Positions 48,602 to 58,540 of a DNA stretch of 64,000 bases are shown here, one piece after another. The notes under the pieces were generated by a model, which worked only from the letters and a program-made list of their open reading frames with translations, did not search any database and was not told the origin of the DNA. Position numbers and translations under genes: made by a program. This DNA comes from Phycisphaeraceae bacterium (lineage in GTDB: Bacteria; Planctomycetota; Phycisphaerae; Phycisphaerales; Phycisphaeraceae): the NCBI GenBank assembly GCA_963674705.1, contig OY771506.1:3008001-3072000 (forward strand). Reading direction: 5' to 3'. Positions within the stretch are counted from its first letter, which is position 1; each line of letters opens with the position of its first letter.

Positions 48602-49546
48602 CTAAGTAGTTGTGTTTCCTGCCAACACACGCAAACTCACCGGTAGATTGAAGCTCATGTTTTCTTCGATGATGGTGGCGTTTTCGATGGTGCCGCCGTG
48701 GTTGTGGATGAGGGTTTGGACGATCTGCTGGACAAGGTGCTCAGGGGCGCTTGCGCCGGCGGTGACCAGGACGGTGTTGACACCTTCAAACCACTCGGCG
48801 TTCAATTCGCCGGCATCGTCGAGCAGGCGTGCGGGCGTCCCTACGTTCTTGGCGATCTCGGTCAGGCGGACGGAGTTGGAGCTGTTCTGTGAACCAACGA
48901 CAAGGACGAGGTCTGCATCGGGCGATAGTTCGCGAACCGCACGCTGACGATTCGTCGTCGCATAACAGATATCTTCGCTCGGTGGTTCCTTGACCTGCGG
49001 GTAGTGCTTGCGGATCGCGGCGATGATGCGCTGGGCATCGTCGACGCTGAGCGTGGTTTGCGTGAGGTACGCGATCGGGTCGTCCTGCGTGAAGGGAAGC
49101 GCCGCGACGTCTTCGGGGCTTTCGACGATGGTGATCGCGCCGGGTGCTTCGCCGACCGTGCCGACGACTTCATCGTGACCGGCGTGACCGATCAGGAGGA
49201 TGTTGTAGCCTTGCCTGGCGTAGCGCAGCGCTTCCATGTGGACCTTGGTGACCAGCGGGCAGGTCGCGTCAATCATGGTGCAGCCGCGTGCCTTGGCATC
49301 GTTGCGTATCTGCGGGCTTACGCCGTGGGCGCTGAAGACGACGGTGGCGTTTTCAGGCACGTCCGCGATGGAGTCGACGAAAATGACGCCTTGCTCGACG
49401 AAGTGTTCGACGACGTGGCGGTTGTGGACGATCTCGTGGTAGACGTACAGCGGTGTGCCGACGATCTTGACCGCCTGCTCGACGGTCTGGATCGCCATTT
49501 CAACACCGGCACAGAAGCCGCGCGGGTTTGCAAGGATGACCTTCAT
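48602..49546 (-). CDS. ispH: 4-hydroxy-3-methylbut-2-enyl diphosphate reductase
   Basis: PRGFCAGV, EIVHN, SAHG, DATCPLVTKVH, ICYATTNRQ, NSSNS and TAGASAPE motifs. Confidence 0.97.
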   Translation of the reverse strand: MKVILANPRGFCAGVEMAIQTVEQAVKIVGTPLYVYHEIVHNRHVVEHFVEQGVIFVDSIADVPENATVVFSAHGVSPQIRNDAKARGCTMIDATCPLVTKVHMEALRYARQGYNILLIGHAGHDEVVGTVGEAPGAITIVESPEDVAALPFTQDDPIAYLTQTTLSVDDAQRIIAAIRKHYPQVKEPPSEDICYATTNRQRAVRELSPDADLVLVVGSQNSSNSVRLTEIAKNVGTPARLLDDAGELNAEWFEGVNTVLVTAGASAPEHLVQQIVQTLIHNHGGTIENATIIEENMSFNLPVSLRVLAGNTTT

Positions 49547-49594
49547 CGGTGCATGGTAGGGGGGATGGCTTGAGTGAATCAAGCGGCGTGTTTA

Positions 49595-49712
49595 CCCCCT
49601 CTCCCCTCGGGAGAGGGTCGGGGGTGAGGGCCGGTGTCTTTGTGTGAACAATCTAAAACTGGGCGATCAATCACCCGGCCCTCATCCTAATCTTCTCCCA
49701 AGGGGAGAAGGG
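49595..49712. repeat. Inverted pair of BoxC-like repeats
   Basis: Copies at 49595-49634 and 49675-49712 in opposite orientation. Confidence 0.8.
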
Positions 49713-49728
49713 ACCGGAGAAGATATGG

Positions 49729-50601
49729 TCAGGGGCAGGCATCTGTGACAGTCTGGACATCCAGCCAGTTCATTTCGGCCGGGGCTGGTGGGGCGAGGAT
49801 GGTGACGGCGGGGCCGACGGGGGCCCACATGGTGGGGTTAGTCGGGCCGAAGAGCGCGACGGTCGGCAGGCCCATCTGTGCGGCGAGATGCGATGGGCCC
49901 GAATCGTTGCCTATGAAGGCGGAGGCGTCGAGTAATGTGGCGTGCAGTTGGTCAATGGATTCGAGGATGCGTGCGCCGAGCTGATCCCGCCAGCGTTCGA
50001 GTTGATCGGCGGGCCAATGCTCGACTTCGGTTTCGCCAAGTAATGGTAAGACGGTGCGGCCGTTGTTAATGAGTTTGTCGATCAGTTCTTCAAACCTATC
50101 AGCCGGCCAACACTTGGTGGGGCTGCCGCTGCCGGGATGGATCACGATCGGGCCGTCGGGATTGGCGTAGGTATCGGGCTGTTTCGGTGGGGCGAGGTCG
50201 AGGCCTTGCTGCTGGGCTTGCTGAGCGTGCCAGTTAGTGATGTGGTTCGTGAAGTCTTCGGCGGGGCGGGGATCGATGTAGATGCACTTTGCTTGCGGGG
50301 ATAGTCGAGCGACGTTGATTGCCCAGTCGTCCTTGCCTGTGCTGACGAAGCTGATGATGTTATCTGCGGTTTCGAATAGTTCGCCGACCGCGGGGCTGAC
50401 GGAGGTGGGCCCGCCCTCTGAGTGCAGACGCATGAACTCCCACATCTGGATGTCCATGGTCGTGATGCCGTCGATCATTCGGCCGGCGACGGCCCCGCGC
50501 TGCCAGGTTGTTAGCAGTGTGATCGGGCGGGTTAACCGGCGGATCAGCGGGAGCGTGAGGATGAAGTCTCCCAGGGCGCCGTAATGGAATAGCAGGTTCA
50601 T
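49729..50601 (-). CDS. Glycosyltransferase family 9 (heptosyltransferase-like)
   Basis: GALGDFILTLP, IHPGSG...KCWP and FIGNDSGPSHLAA..G.PTVALFGPT motifs. Confidence 0.92.
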   Translation of the reverse strand: MNLLFHYGALGDFILTLPLIRRLTRPITLLTTWQRGAVAGRMIDGITTMDIQMWEFMRLHSEGGPTSVSPAVGELFETADNIISFVSTGKDDWAINVARLSPQAKCIYIDPRPAEDFTNHITNWHAQQAQQQGLDLAPPKQPDTYANPDGPIVIHPGSGSPTKCWPADRFEELIDKLINNGRTVLPLLGETEVEHWPADQLERWRDQLGARILESIDQLHATLLDASAFIGNDSGPSHLAAQMGLPTVALFGPTNPTMWAPVGPAVTILAPPAPAEMNWLDVQTVTDACP

Positions 50602-50813
50602 CGTGATCGCTTCGGTTTAGCGTTGTCTTTGCGTCATCATAGCCGCTGAAAATCCGGGTGGCTGCTTCCGATAATAACGCGATTCCGACTGCTGGGTGGA
50701 GCCTTCCTTAAGCGGCGAGCCGATCGGGCCGACCTCTATCCCGGAGCGGCGTGGAAGGCCCCGTTACGTTTGGGGCAGCGTCCGCCATAATCCTGATCCA
50801 CGGCGAAATGGCT

Positions 50814-51698
50814 ATGGCGAGTAAACGTGTCAAGAGTGGCTTGGAGATCTACCTTAAACAGATCGATGAGTCCCCTCTATTGACGGCGGACGAGGAGAAA
50901 GAACTCTGCCGCAATATTATCGAAAGAAACTGCATGGCCTCGCGCGAGCGGATGGTCCGGTCGAACCTGCGCCTCGTCGTTTCCATCGCCAAACGCTACA
51001 TGAATCGCGGCCTGCCGTTGACCGACCTGATCGAAGAGGGCAACATCGGCCTGATGAAAGCGGTCGAAGGTTTCAATCCCGATATGGGGGCGCGTTTCTC
51101 GACTTATGGCACGTGGTGGATCAAGCAGGGCATCAAACGCGCACTGATCAACGCGGTGCAGCCGATCCATATCCCTGCATACATGGTGGAATTGATCGCC
51201 CGGTGGAAGAAGACTTCTTCGGAACTGGAAGAAGAACTCGGCCGTCAGCCTAATATCCATGAACTGTCTGAGCGGATGGAACTGCCTGTGAAGAAGGTGC
51301 GCATCATCCACAAGGCGGTGCGTGCGTTCCAACGTCCACCACAGACCGGCGGCAGCGGGGCGGAGGGTGATGGCCCGACGTTGTCGGAAATGCTCAGTGA
51401 TGAACGTGGCCTGACGCCTGACGAGCAGGTGCTGCTGGATGATGATCTGGAAACGATCGCTATCCTGCTGACCGCGATCGACGACCGCGAAGCAACAATC
51501 CTGCGTCTTCGTTACGGCCTCGACGGCAACGAACCTTTGACGCTCAAGGAGATCGGCAAACACGTCGGGCTGACGCGAGAGCGCGTGCGACAGATCGAAG
51601 CCGAGGCGCTGCGCAAACTCAACGCCAAACTCAACAGCGATCGCCCGCTGGCTTCGGTGAGGCCGGAAGGCAAGCCGGGGAATCGCCGCACGGCGTGA
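50814..51698 (+). CDS. RpoD/RpoS-family sigma-70 factor (no region 1.1)
   Basis: NLRLVVSIAKRY, DLIEEGNIGL, RFSTY..WWI and TLKEIG...GLTRERVRQIE motifs. Confidence 0.93.
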   Translation: MASKRVKSGLEIYLKQIDESPLLTADEEKELCRNIIERNCMASRERMVRSNLRLVVSIAKRYMNRGLPLTDLIEEGNIGLMKAVEGFNPDMGARFSTYGTWWIKQGIKRALINAVQPIHIPAYMVELIARWKKTSSELEEELGRQPNIHELSERMELPVKKVRIIHKAVRAFQRPPQTGGSGAEGDGPTLSEMLSDERGLTPDEQVLLDDDLETIAILLTAIDDREATILRLRYGLDGNEPLTLKEIGKHVGLTRERVRQIEAEALRKLNAKLNSDRPLASVRPEGKPGNRRTA

Positions 51699-51799
51699 TC
51701 ACTTCAATTGGCCGCAAAAGAACGCAAATGCACGTGAATTCAAGGTGCATTGCGCTCTTGTGTATTGGTGCTTAATATTGACTTGAGTTCAATCCACAT

Positions 51800-52915
51800 T
51801 CAGCCACGCTTGTAGAACGGTAGCTTCACCACTTCCCCGTCGATCCGGCTTGAGCCGACCGCAACGATCACGTTTGAGCCGACATCACATGAACCGGTTT
51901 TCACGAAGGCCATGGCGATGGGGTAGCCGAGGGTTGGCGAGAGGCAGCCGGAGGTGACGGCTCCGATTTGAGAGCCGTCGAGGTGGACGGCGTTGCCTTG
52001 GCGGGGGGTGCGTCGGCCGGAGAGTTTGATACCGATGAGCGTGCGCTTCGTGCCTTCGGCTTTTATCTTCTTGAGCGCATCGATGCCGATGAACGGTTCG
52101 CCGTTTTCGTCTTCGTCTTTATCGAGGTTGATGGCGAAGTTCAGGCCGGCGGTGATGGGGTCGATTTCCTCGTCGAGTTCGTGGCCGTATAGAGGCATGG
52201 CGGCTTCGATGCGCAGTGAATCACGAGCGCCGAGGCCTGCGGGCTTGATAGTTTCGTTTTTATCTTTGAGTAGCAGTTTGACCGCCATGTTTGCGACCTT
52301 GGCGGGGAAGATAACTTCCACGCCGTCTTCGCCGGTGTAGCCGGTTCGGCTGATGAGCGCCTTGATCAGCACCATGTTCTTTTCACAGAAGGTGTAACGC
52401 TTGAGCGCGGGCACTTCCTTGGAGAATTCACTGATCAGCGGGATCACCTTCGGGCCCTGCAGCGCGACCATTGCGGTGGATTCGGTTTTGTCGTTGATCT
52501 TGACTTTCAGGTCACCCTTGATGGCTTGGAAGTGGTCCAGCAGTTTGAGGCGGTTGGATGCGTTAACAACAAGCATCCACTTGTCGGGGAAGCGGTAGAC
52601 AAGTACATCGTCCTTGACGCCGCCTTGCTCATTGCAGACGAGGCTGTACCGGCAGGTGAAGTCTTTCATATCACTGACGCGACGGGTCAGCAGGCGTTCG
52701 AGGAATCGGCGCGCGCCCTTGCCGGAGAACTCGACCCGGCCCATGTGCGAGACGTCGAAGAGCCCACCGGAATCGCGTACCTGCTTGTGCTCTTCGATGA
52801 TCGAACCGTAGCGGATGGGCATTTCCCATCCGGCGAAGTCGACGAGGTTAGCGTCGTGTTCCTTGTGGAATCCATGGAAAGGGGTTTGCAGCAGAGTCGG
52901 GGATTCATTTTCCAT
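51800..52915 (-). CDS. gcvT: Glycine cleavage system aminomethyltransferase T
   Basis: FAGWEMP, LFDVSHMG, SRTGYTGEDG and GLGARDSLR.EA motifs. Confidence 0.96.
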   Translation of the reverse strand: MENESPTLLQTPFHGFHKEHDANLVDFAGWEMPIRYGSIIEEHKQVRDSGGLFDVSHMGRVEFSGKGARRFLERLLTRRVSDMKDFTCRYSLVCNEQGGVKDDVLVYRFPDKWMLVVNASNRLKLLDHFQAIKGDLKVKINDKTESTAMVALQGPKVIPLISEFSKEVPALKRYTFCEKNMVLIKALISRTGYTGEDGVEVIFPAKVANMAVKLLLKDKNETIKPAGLGARDSLRIEAAMPLYGHELDEEIDPITAGLNFAINLDKDEDENGEPFIGIDALKKIKAEGTKRTLIGIKLSGRRTPRQGNAVHLDGSQIGAVTSGCLSPTLGYPIAMAFVKTGSCDVGSNVIVAVGSSRIDGEVVKLPFYKRG

Positions 52916-53006
52916 GGAGATCGTCGAGCCTTTTACTGAGTATGTGGAGTCATTTAACTGGCGTTCAGGCTAGCCGGTGCGCAGTTGGTTGACAAATGCG
53001 GCATGT

Positions 53007-54809
53007 TTACTGGTGGAGGACGAGGCTGTGCTCGGAGAGGTCGGCATCAGATTTGGGAGGCACGCCAAGGTACATCAGGCTCTGCTCCATAACCTTCATG
53101 ACGGTGGGTGCGGAGACGGTGCCTCCGTAGTGGCCGATGGATTTGTCTGGCTTCGTGATGAAGCAGCCAACGATCAGGCGGGGGGCGTCTGCCGGTGCGC
53201 CTGCGATGAAGGAGGAGACGTACTGATCCTGGTAGTACCCGCCCCTCTCGAAGTTCGGGAGTTGCGCGGTGCCGGTCTTGCCGAACAGGTCGTAGAGATC
53301 GGAGTCGGCTTTCTGGCCGCCGCCTTCGAGAACCTGCCGGCGGAGGACGGAGCGTGTGTAATCCGCGACGTCTTTTTGGAGTACGCGAGGGCCTTGGGGG
53401 TACTGTGCGCCGTCGGAATAGTCGATGGGGACAATCGTGGGCGTCGGGAGGATACCGCCGTTAGCGATTGCGCTGTATGCCCGGATCATCTGTAAGGGCG
53501 TCACGCTGACTTCCTGACCCATGGGCACGCTGGTGACGGAGTAGTGCGTCCACTTATTGAGCGGATGAACCACGCCGCCGATCTCGCCGGGCAACCCGGA
53601 GCCGGTCGGTTTACCGAAGCCGAAGCGTGTCATGATGTCATAGAGGTCTTTAGGTTCCACCCGTTCAGCGACGATGGCCATACCGATGTTGCTGGAGTAC
53701 ATGAGCACTTCGTCCCAGGTGATCAGGCCGTGGGCGTGTGCGTCACGCAGGCGTCTGCCTTTGCTGGTGCGGTAGACACCGCTGGTGGTCGTGTCGATCT
53801 TTTCATTAGAGCGTGCGGCTTTGAGTTGCGTGAGTCCGGCCCAGATGATCGGTTTATAGATCGAGCCAGGCTCGAAGACGTCGGTGACGACTCGGTTACG
53901 CTGGATTTCGGGTTTGGCCTTATTGAAGGTGGCGGGATCGAAGGGCGGGTAGTTGGCGATCGCCAGCAGTTCGCCCGTCATAGGGTCCATAACAACGAGT
54001 TGGCCCGAGTCGGCGTTGAAGTGTTCAACGGCTTCGGCTAGCCCCTTTTCTGCAAAGGACTGGATCACCGCGTCGATCGTGAGCCGGATGTTTTCGCCAT
54101 CGGTTTGTTTCGTGTAACTCTGCTGCTCGACCCACAGCGCCCGACCCTGCCGATCGCGCAGGTAGCGGACTTTGCCCGCAGTAGCGGCCAGGCGTTTGTC
54201 GAAGACCTGCTCAAGACCGGCTAAACCGTTGCCGTCCATCCCGACAAAGCCGATCACCTGGCCGGCCAATCGTCCTTGCGGGTAGTCACGCACCACTATG
54301 GGATCGGTTGCCAGCCCGGGTAGCGTCAGGTCTTTCAGAGCATCCACACGCTGGTCGCTCAAACGCTTATCCAGCACGATGTATCGGCTTTTGGGTTTGG
54401 CAGCAATCGCCATGTCGATAGTGACCGGGTCGTAGTCCAGCCCGTAGCCGACTTTCTCAGCGAAGGTCGAGTAATCTTCGATGAGCATGGGATCGATAAA
54501 GAGCTTCCTGGCGACGCGTGTGGTCGCCAGTGGCCTGCCCCGGCGGTCCAGGATCATGCCGCGTCTTCCCGGCAGCGGTTGAGTGCTCCGCTGGGAATCG
54601 ATCAACTCGGCGATCTTCGGCGAGGGGGCGGTCTGTAGCATGACCACGCGGCCCAGCAGGATCACCAGCACGCATGTGATCATGATGATCATCACGCGGC
54701 CGACCAGCAGCACACGTGCCGGGCTTCGGTCGACCTCGATCACCTCGCCGCAGGGACGCAGCGTCGGGTGAGGATCGTGTTCGGTATAGAGGCGTTCACC
54801 TTCGCTCAT
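53007..54809 (-). CDS. ftsI: Class B penicillin-binding protein (FtsI/PBP3-like)
   Basis: RG.ILDRRG, EPGSIYK (SxxK), SSN (SxN) and GKTGTAQ (KTG) motifs. Confidence 0.88.
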   Translation of the reverse strand: MSEGERLYTEHDPHPTLRPCGEVIEVDRSPARVLLVGRVMIIMITCVLVILLGRVVMLQTAPSPKIAELIDSQRSTQPLPGRRGMILDRRGRPLATTRVARKLFIDPMLIEDYSTFAEKVGYGLDYDPVTIDMAIAAKPKSRYIVLDKRLSDQRVDALKDLTLPGLATDPIVVRDYPQGRLAGQVIGFVGMDGNGLAGLEQVFDKRLAATAGKVRYLRDRQGRALWVEQQSYTKQTDGENIRLTIDAVIQSFAEKGLAEAVEHFNADSGQLVVMDPMTGELLAIANYPPFDPATFNKAKPEIQRNRVVTDVFEPGSIYKPIIWAGLTQLKAARSNEKIDTTTSGVYRTSKGRRLRDAHAHGLITWDEVLMYSSNIGMAIVAERVEPKDLYDIMTRFGFGKPTGSGLPGEIGGVVHPLNKWTHYSVTSVPMGQEVSVTPLQMIRAYSAIANGGILPTPTIVPIDYSDGAQYPQGPRVLQKDVADYTRSVLRRQVLEGGGQKADSDLYDLFGKTGTAQLPNFERGGYYQDQYVSSFIAGAPADAPRLIVGCFITKPDKSIGHYGGTVSAPTVMKVMEQSLMYLGVPPKSDADLSEHSLVLHQ

Positions 54810-55098
54810 AGTGTGCGTTGGTCATGTGTGGGTTCTGAGGGACTTCGTGTGGGATGGATTGGGCGACGGCCGGCTCCATGGTCATGCCCGCACGCACCAA
54901 TGCATCCTCCAGCACATCCGGCTGGGTGCGCAGGGCGATGCGGACCTGGGTGTCCCAGGTTTCCTGGCGGTCCCGGTTCATCTGTCGTTGCAGGTCCGTC
55001 ACATCGTGCATCAGTTCCAGCCGCTGCTGGCGGAGGTTGAAGATGCTCGCCCCGATCACGACCGAGATCACCAGGGCCGTCAGCAGCTTGGTGAACAT
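54796..55098 (-). CDS. FtsL-like small TM/coiled-coil protein
   Basis: N-terminal TM plus coiled coil; overlaps the ftsI start, the canonical ftsL position. Confidence 0.6.
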   Translation of the reverse strand: MFTKLLTALVISVVIGASIFNLRQQRLELMHDVTDLQRQMNRDRQETWDTQVRIALRTQPDVLEDALVRAGMTMEPAVAQSIPHEVPQNPHMTNAHYERR

Positions 55099-55178
55099 AG
55101 CAAGGCACCGGTGAAGTTACGGGAAACAATCTTGGTCACGATCAAACAGCACGGCATCGAGCCGCAGGCGAAAGTGCA

Positions 55179-56354
55179 TTAACTGGGTATGCGTAGAGTC
55201 TGTCCGACCTTGACCTGGTCAGGGCTGTCGAGTTTGTCGCGGTTGGCTTCGAAGATTTCGCGCCAACGATCGCCGTTACGCAGCGTTATCTGGGCGATTT
55301 TGGTGAGGTTGTCGCCGGCCTTGACGGTGTAGGTTTTGCTTGGGCTATTGCTTGCTTGTGTGCGTGCGATCGCCGGTGCGGGATTGTTGGTTCGGTCCAC
55401 GCGAGCATCTTCAGGCATCTTCAATTTCATGCCGACCTGCAGATCGGTAGCGGTTTCAAGTTTGTCACGATTGGCATCGAGGATTTCGTCCCATCGCGAA
55501 GCGCTTCCCAGGTACTTGGAAGCCAGTTCGGAAAGCGTGTCGCCCGCTTTGACTTCAACCGTTCTTTGCCGACTAATCTGAGCCGAGGGTGTGTCGACCC
55601 TGAGTACCGATTCGCGAGCGGCCGAATCGATGCTCATGCCTACGATGGCGTCTTCACGTTTGGGGATATCCAGAACGGCGCCGCTGCGGACACTGCCGTC
55701 CGGCCCGACCTTGTCTGGATTCGCCCGCATGATCTCCCGCCAGTAGTCGCCGTTGCCGTAGTATCGGCGTGCGATCTCGGTGAGGTTTTCGTTGGGCATG
55801 ACGGTGTGCTTGATGACGGATTGTCCCGGCGACGGAGTGGCGTGCGCTTCACGGATCGCGTTGCGGACATTGTCGAGGATTTGCTGGGCTTCATCGATCC
55901 GCTGTTGTTCAAAGGCGGGGGTCGCCACATCGGTGTCGCCGAAGGTCAGCGTCGGGACATCATCGATCGGTGCGTTCTGCCGGGGCTGATCGGCATTGGA
56001 AGCCAGCACGGGCAGGTTGATGATGGCCGGGCCGGTGTTTTCAGTATTCGCTGCCTGCTGCATGCCCATTTCTTCACGGACATCATTGGGGACCAGGAAG
56101 TCCTCGGGCTGATTGGCAGTGGTGTTGTTTTCCGCCGGGGTGCCGGTGGGGCGGCCGGGCGTATAGACCTGGCCATAGCCGGGGGCGGGGGTGGCGTCGG
56201 CAGGCTTGATGGCGCGTTGTGCATCGCCTGCGAATTCGGTGAAGTCTGCGGGTTGGCCTTGCTGACGCTGAGAGATCTGATCACTGAGGATGATCCCGAT
56301 CAGAAGGATAACGCCCAGTCCCAGCAGCAGCCCGATCTTGGTTTCACGTGTCAT
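55179..56354 (-). CDS. Membrane-anchored protein with three LysM domains
   Basis: MTRETKIGLL TM; three repeats of V..GD.L..IA...G...W..I..AN. Confidence 0.92.
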   Translation of the reverse strand: MTRETKIGLLLGLGVILLIGIILSDQISQRQQGQPADFTEFAGDAQRAIKPADATPAPGYGQVYTPGRPTGTPAENNTTANQPEDFLVPNDVREEMGMQQAANTENTGPAIINLPVLASNADQPRQNAPIDDVPTLTFGDTDVATPAFEQQRIDEAQQILDNVRNAIREAHATPSPGQSVIKHTVMPNENLTEIARRYYGNGDYWREIMRANPDKVGPDGSVRSGAVLDIPKREDAIVGMSIDSAARESVLRVDTPSAQISRQRTVEVKAGDTLSELASKYLGSASRWDEILDANRDKLETATDLQVGMKLKMPEDARVDRTNNPAPAIARTQASNSPSKTYTVKAGDNLTKIAQITLRNGDRWREIFEANRDKLDSPDQVKVGQTLRIPS

Positions 56355-56444
56355 GACCTGTGTCCGTCCTTGTGTCAGGTCCAAGCCGTCATCCATAACG
56401 GCCGGAGGTGTAGTCTAACGCATACTTTACGGGCCGTCACCCGC

Positions 56445-57437
56445 TCATGTTTCCGGTTTCTCGATCACCCGCATCTTGGCACTTCGGCTTCGGGGGTTGG
56501 CTTGGCATTCATCGTCACTGGCGGTTACCGGTTTGCGCGTCAGCAATTCGTAATCCGCGTCCTGCTTCAGTGCCAGGTATGCCCGTTTGACCCGCCGATC
56601 TTCCAGCGAATGGAAACTGATGATCGCCGCTCGTCCACCGGGGGTCAGCAGCCTTGGCAGGTCGGCCAACAGGCCGTCCAACGCCCCCAACTCATCGTTC
56701 ACCGCGATCCGCAGCGCCATGAAAGTACGTGTCGCCGGGTCGATGCGGTGACCCCGTCCCGATGCCCGTCGATTGCTCCCTTGTCGGGGGCCATGTTTCC
56801 GGGAAAACTTCCGGGGGGGGTACGCTTTGCGGACCAGCTCCGCCAATCCGCTTGTGGTTTTTATCGGCTCAATTTCGCGTTGTTCGACAATTTTGCGTGC
56901 GATCCGCCGACTCAACCGCTCCTCGCCGAATTCGTAGATCAGATCGGCCAGTTCCTTCTCCGGAAGCGTGTTGATAAGAGCCTCCGCCGTCAGGTCCTGC
57001 GTGGTATCCAGACGCATATCCAGAGGCCCATCTTCACTGAAAGAAAGCCCACGCGCCGGGTCGTCCATCTGGTTGGAAGCGAAGCCAAGGTCGGCAAGCA
57101 GGCCGTGGACCTCACGGATCTCGAGCTCATTCAAAACCGCTGGTGCGTCGAGGAAGTTGGCGTAGACAATGTTCAGTTTCACGCCATGTTTTTCAGCGAT
57201 CGGCGTCAGGCGGGCCAGGCTGAACGCGACGTTCTCGGGATCCTTGTCCAAGCCGATATAGCACCCGCCAGGCCCGAGTTTGGGGATCATCATTGCCCCA
57301 TGCCCGCCGCGTCCGGTGGTGCAGTCCAGCACGGTCTGCCCCGGCTTGGGTGCCAGGTATTGCATGACCTCGCTTGGGAGGACAGGCAGGTGGCCGATCG
57401 GCTGGTCCTGTTCGAGATGACTGGACGGTTCTGACAT
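56445..57437 (-). CDS. rsmH: 16S rRNA m4C1402 methyltransferase
   Basis: HLPVL, DCT.G.GGH, DLG..S.Q.D, GPLDMR, ISFHSLEDR and NPRSRSAKMR motifs. Confidence 0.96.
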   Translation of the reverse strand: MSEPSSHLEQDQPIGHLPVLPSEVMQYLAPKPGQTVLDCTTGRGGHGAMMIPKLGPGGCYIGLDKDPENVAFSLARLTPIAEKHGVKLNIVYANFLDAPAVLNELEIREVHGLLADLGFASNQMDDPARGLSFSEDGPLDMRLDTTQDLTAEALINTLPEKELADLIYEFGEERLSRRIARKIVEQREIEPIKTTSGLAELVRKAYPPRKFSRKHGPRQGSNRRASGRGHRIDPATRTFMALRIAVNDELGALDGLLADLPRLLTPGGRAAIISFHSLEDRRVKRAYLALKQDADYELLTRKPVTASDDECQANPRSRSAKMRVIEKPET

Positions 57438-57521
57438 GCGGATGTTATACCGCAGTCAGCGTTTTTGGGCTTGAATCAATGACTACAGATAAACATCGCG
57501 CCTGGTGAGTTCCGATTCCTG

Positions 57522-58286
57522 TCAGCATGCTTTTCGGCGGTTCAGCATCGCCATCCCACCCAATCCCAACAGCAACAATGAGGTCGGCTCCGGAACGGCT
57601 GCAATGACATCCGAAACCTTCACAGCACTGACAATTGTTACAGGTAACGGTTCATCAGGATCCGTTTCTGGATCGAAGTCGTAAGAAAGGTTAAAGCCCA
57701 TATTGGTCGTGTTCACCGTGTAGTTATCTGCAGAGCCGGCCGGTTTAGTGTTCGGATCCGTCACAGACAGGTTGCCGTTGGCATCCAGGGAAGTCACCGT
57801 CAGCCAATGAGTGACGTCGTTACCGTCGCCATCCTTGCCTTTAACAAGAATATTGAGCTTTTCGCCATCTTCCCATTCTTTCTTGAGCCAATCCCATGTC
57901 AGTGATTCGCCTGCATACATGGGGCAGTACGCTACGGTGCCGGTGAAACCATGGGCCTTGAGGTAGGCCTTGGTTGCTTCAGTCATCTTTTCATCGGTGA
58001 GATTATTCTCTGTTCCGACTTGTGGTTTGCATAAGTTTTCCACCGCTGTCTTCAAGGCATCGATGTTAGCAGGGTTTTTAACTACGCCATTTATTGAGTG
58101 ATTCCACTGCAGTAATAAACTGCTCATGGCAATGGTTCCGCAATTCTCGTTATCACGTTTGTTCCCTTTGCTGTCATCCCATTTCAGATCGTTGATAAGG
58201 CTGGCGCCGCAAGGCGAGGTGATTGAGCCGATCAGTAGAAACAGAAACGTCGAAGCAAGAAGCTGGTAAAGGTGACTCCTTTTCAT
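57522..58286 (-). CDS. PEP-CTERM protein with putative papain-like (C39-like) domain
   Basis: AGGAG RBS; signal peptide; NCG..A, HWLTV and VTDPN; VPEPTS + hydrophobic stretch + RRK. Confidence 0.8.
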   Translation of the reverse strand: MKRSHLYQLLASTFLFLLIGSITSPCGASLINDLKWDDSKGNKRDNENCGTIAMSSLLLQWNHSINGVVKNPANIDALKTAVENLCKPQVGTENNLTDEKMTEATKAYLKAHGFTGTVAYCPMYAGESLTWDWLKKEWEDGEKLNILVKGKDGDGNDVTHWLTVTSLDANGNLSVTDPNTKPAGSADNYTVNTTNMGFNLSYDFDPETDPDEPLPVTIVSAVKVSDVIAAVPEPTSLLLLGLGGMAMLNRRKAC

Positions 58287-58339
58287 GGTTTTCTCCTTTG
58301 CTGATTACCCGAAGTGTGGGTGAAACGAAGTGAGACCAT

Positions 58340-58368
58340 ATTGTCACAATCGGTTGCAGTCGGGTCAA
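58340..58368 (-). promoter_or_regulatory. Putative sigma-70 promoter of the PEP-CTERM gene
   Basis: Minus strand reads TTGACC-N17-GACAAT with a TGn extension. Confidence 0.4.
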
Positions 58369-58420
58369 GGCAATAGCAGATAATTATGTCCGCAAATCAT
58401 GTCGCGGTGGATTAGGGGGG

Positions 58421-58476
58421 TGGCGGAGACCTTCGGTCGTGCGTTTCGGCGAGGTCGGGAGACCCGCGCCGAGCGC
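58421..58476. repeat. REP-like palindromic element (single copy in window)
   Basis: GGAGACCTTCGGTC...TTCGGCGAGGTCGGGAGACCCGCGCCGAG, an imperfect hairpin resembling planctomycete intergenic repeats. Confidence 0.4.
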
Positions 58477-58540
58477 GGTCCCGCTTTCGGCGATGTTTTA
58501 AGCTCAGCGCTTGTGATCGCGTCTTGTGTAGAATGCAGAA

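Noticed and set aside
55356..57434. 692-aa plus-strand ORF
   Set aside because: Antisense shadow of the well-supported LysM and rsmH genes; no recognisable motifs; long shadow ORFs are common in GC-rich DNA.
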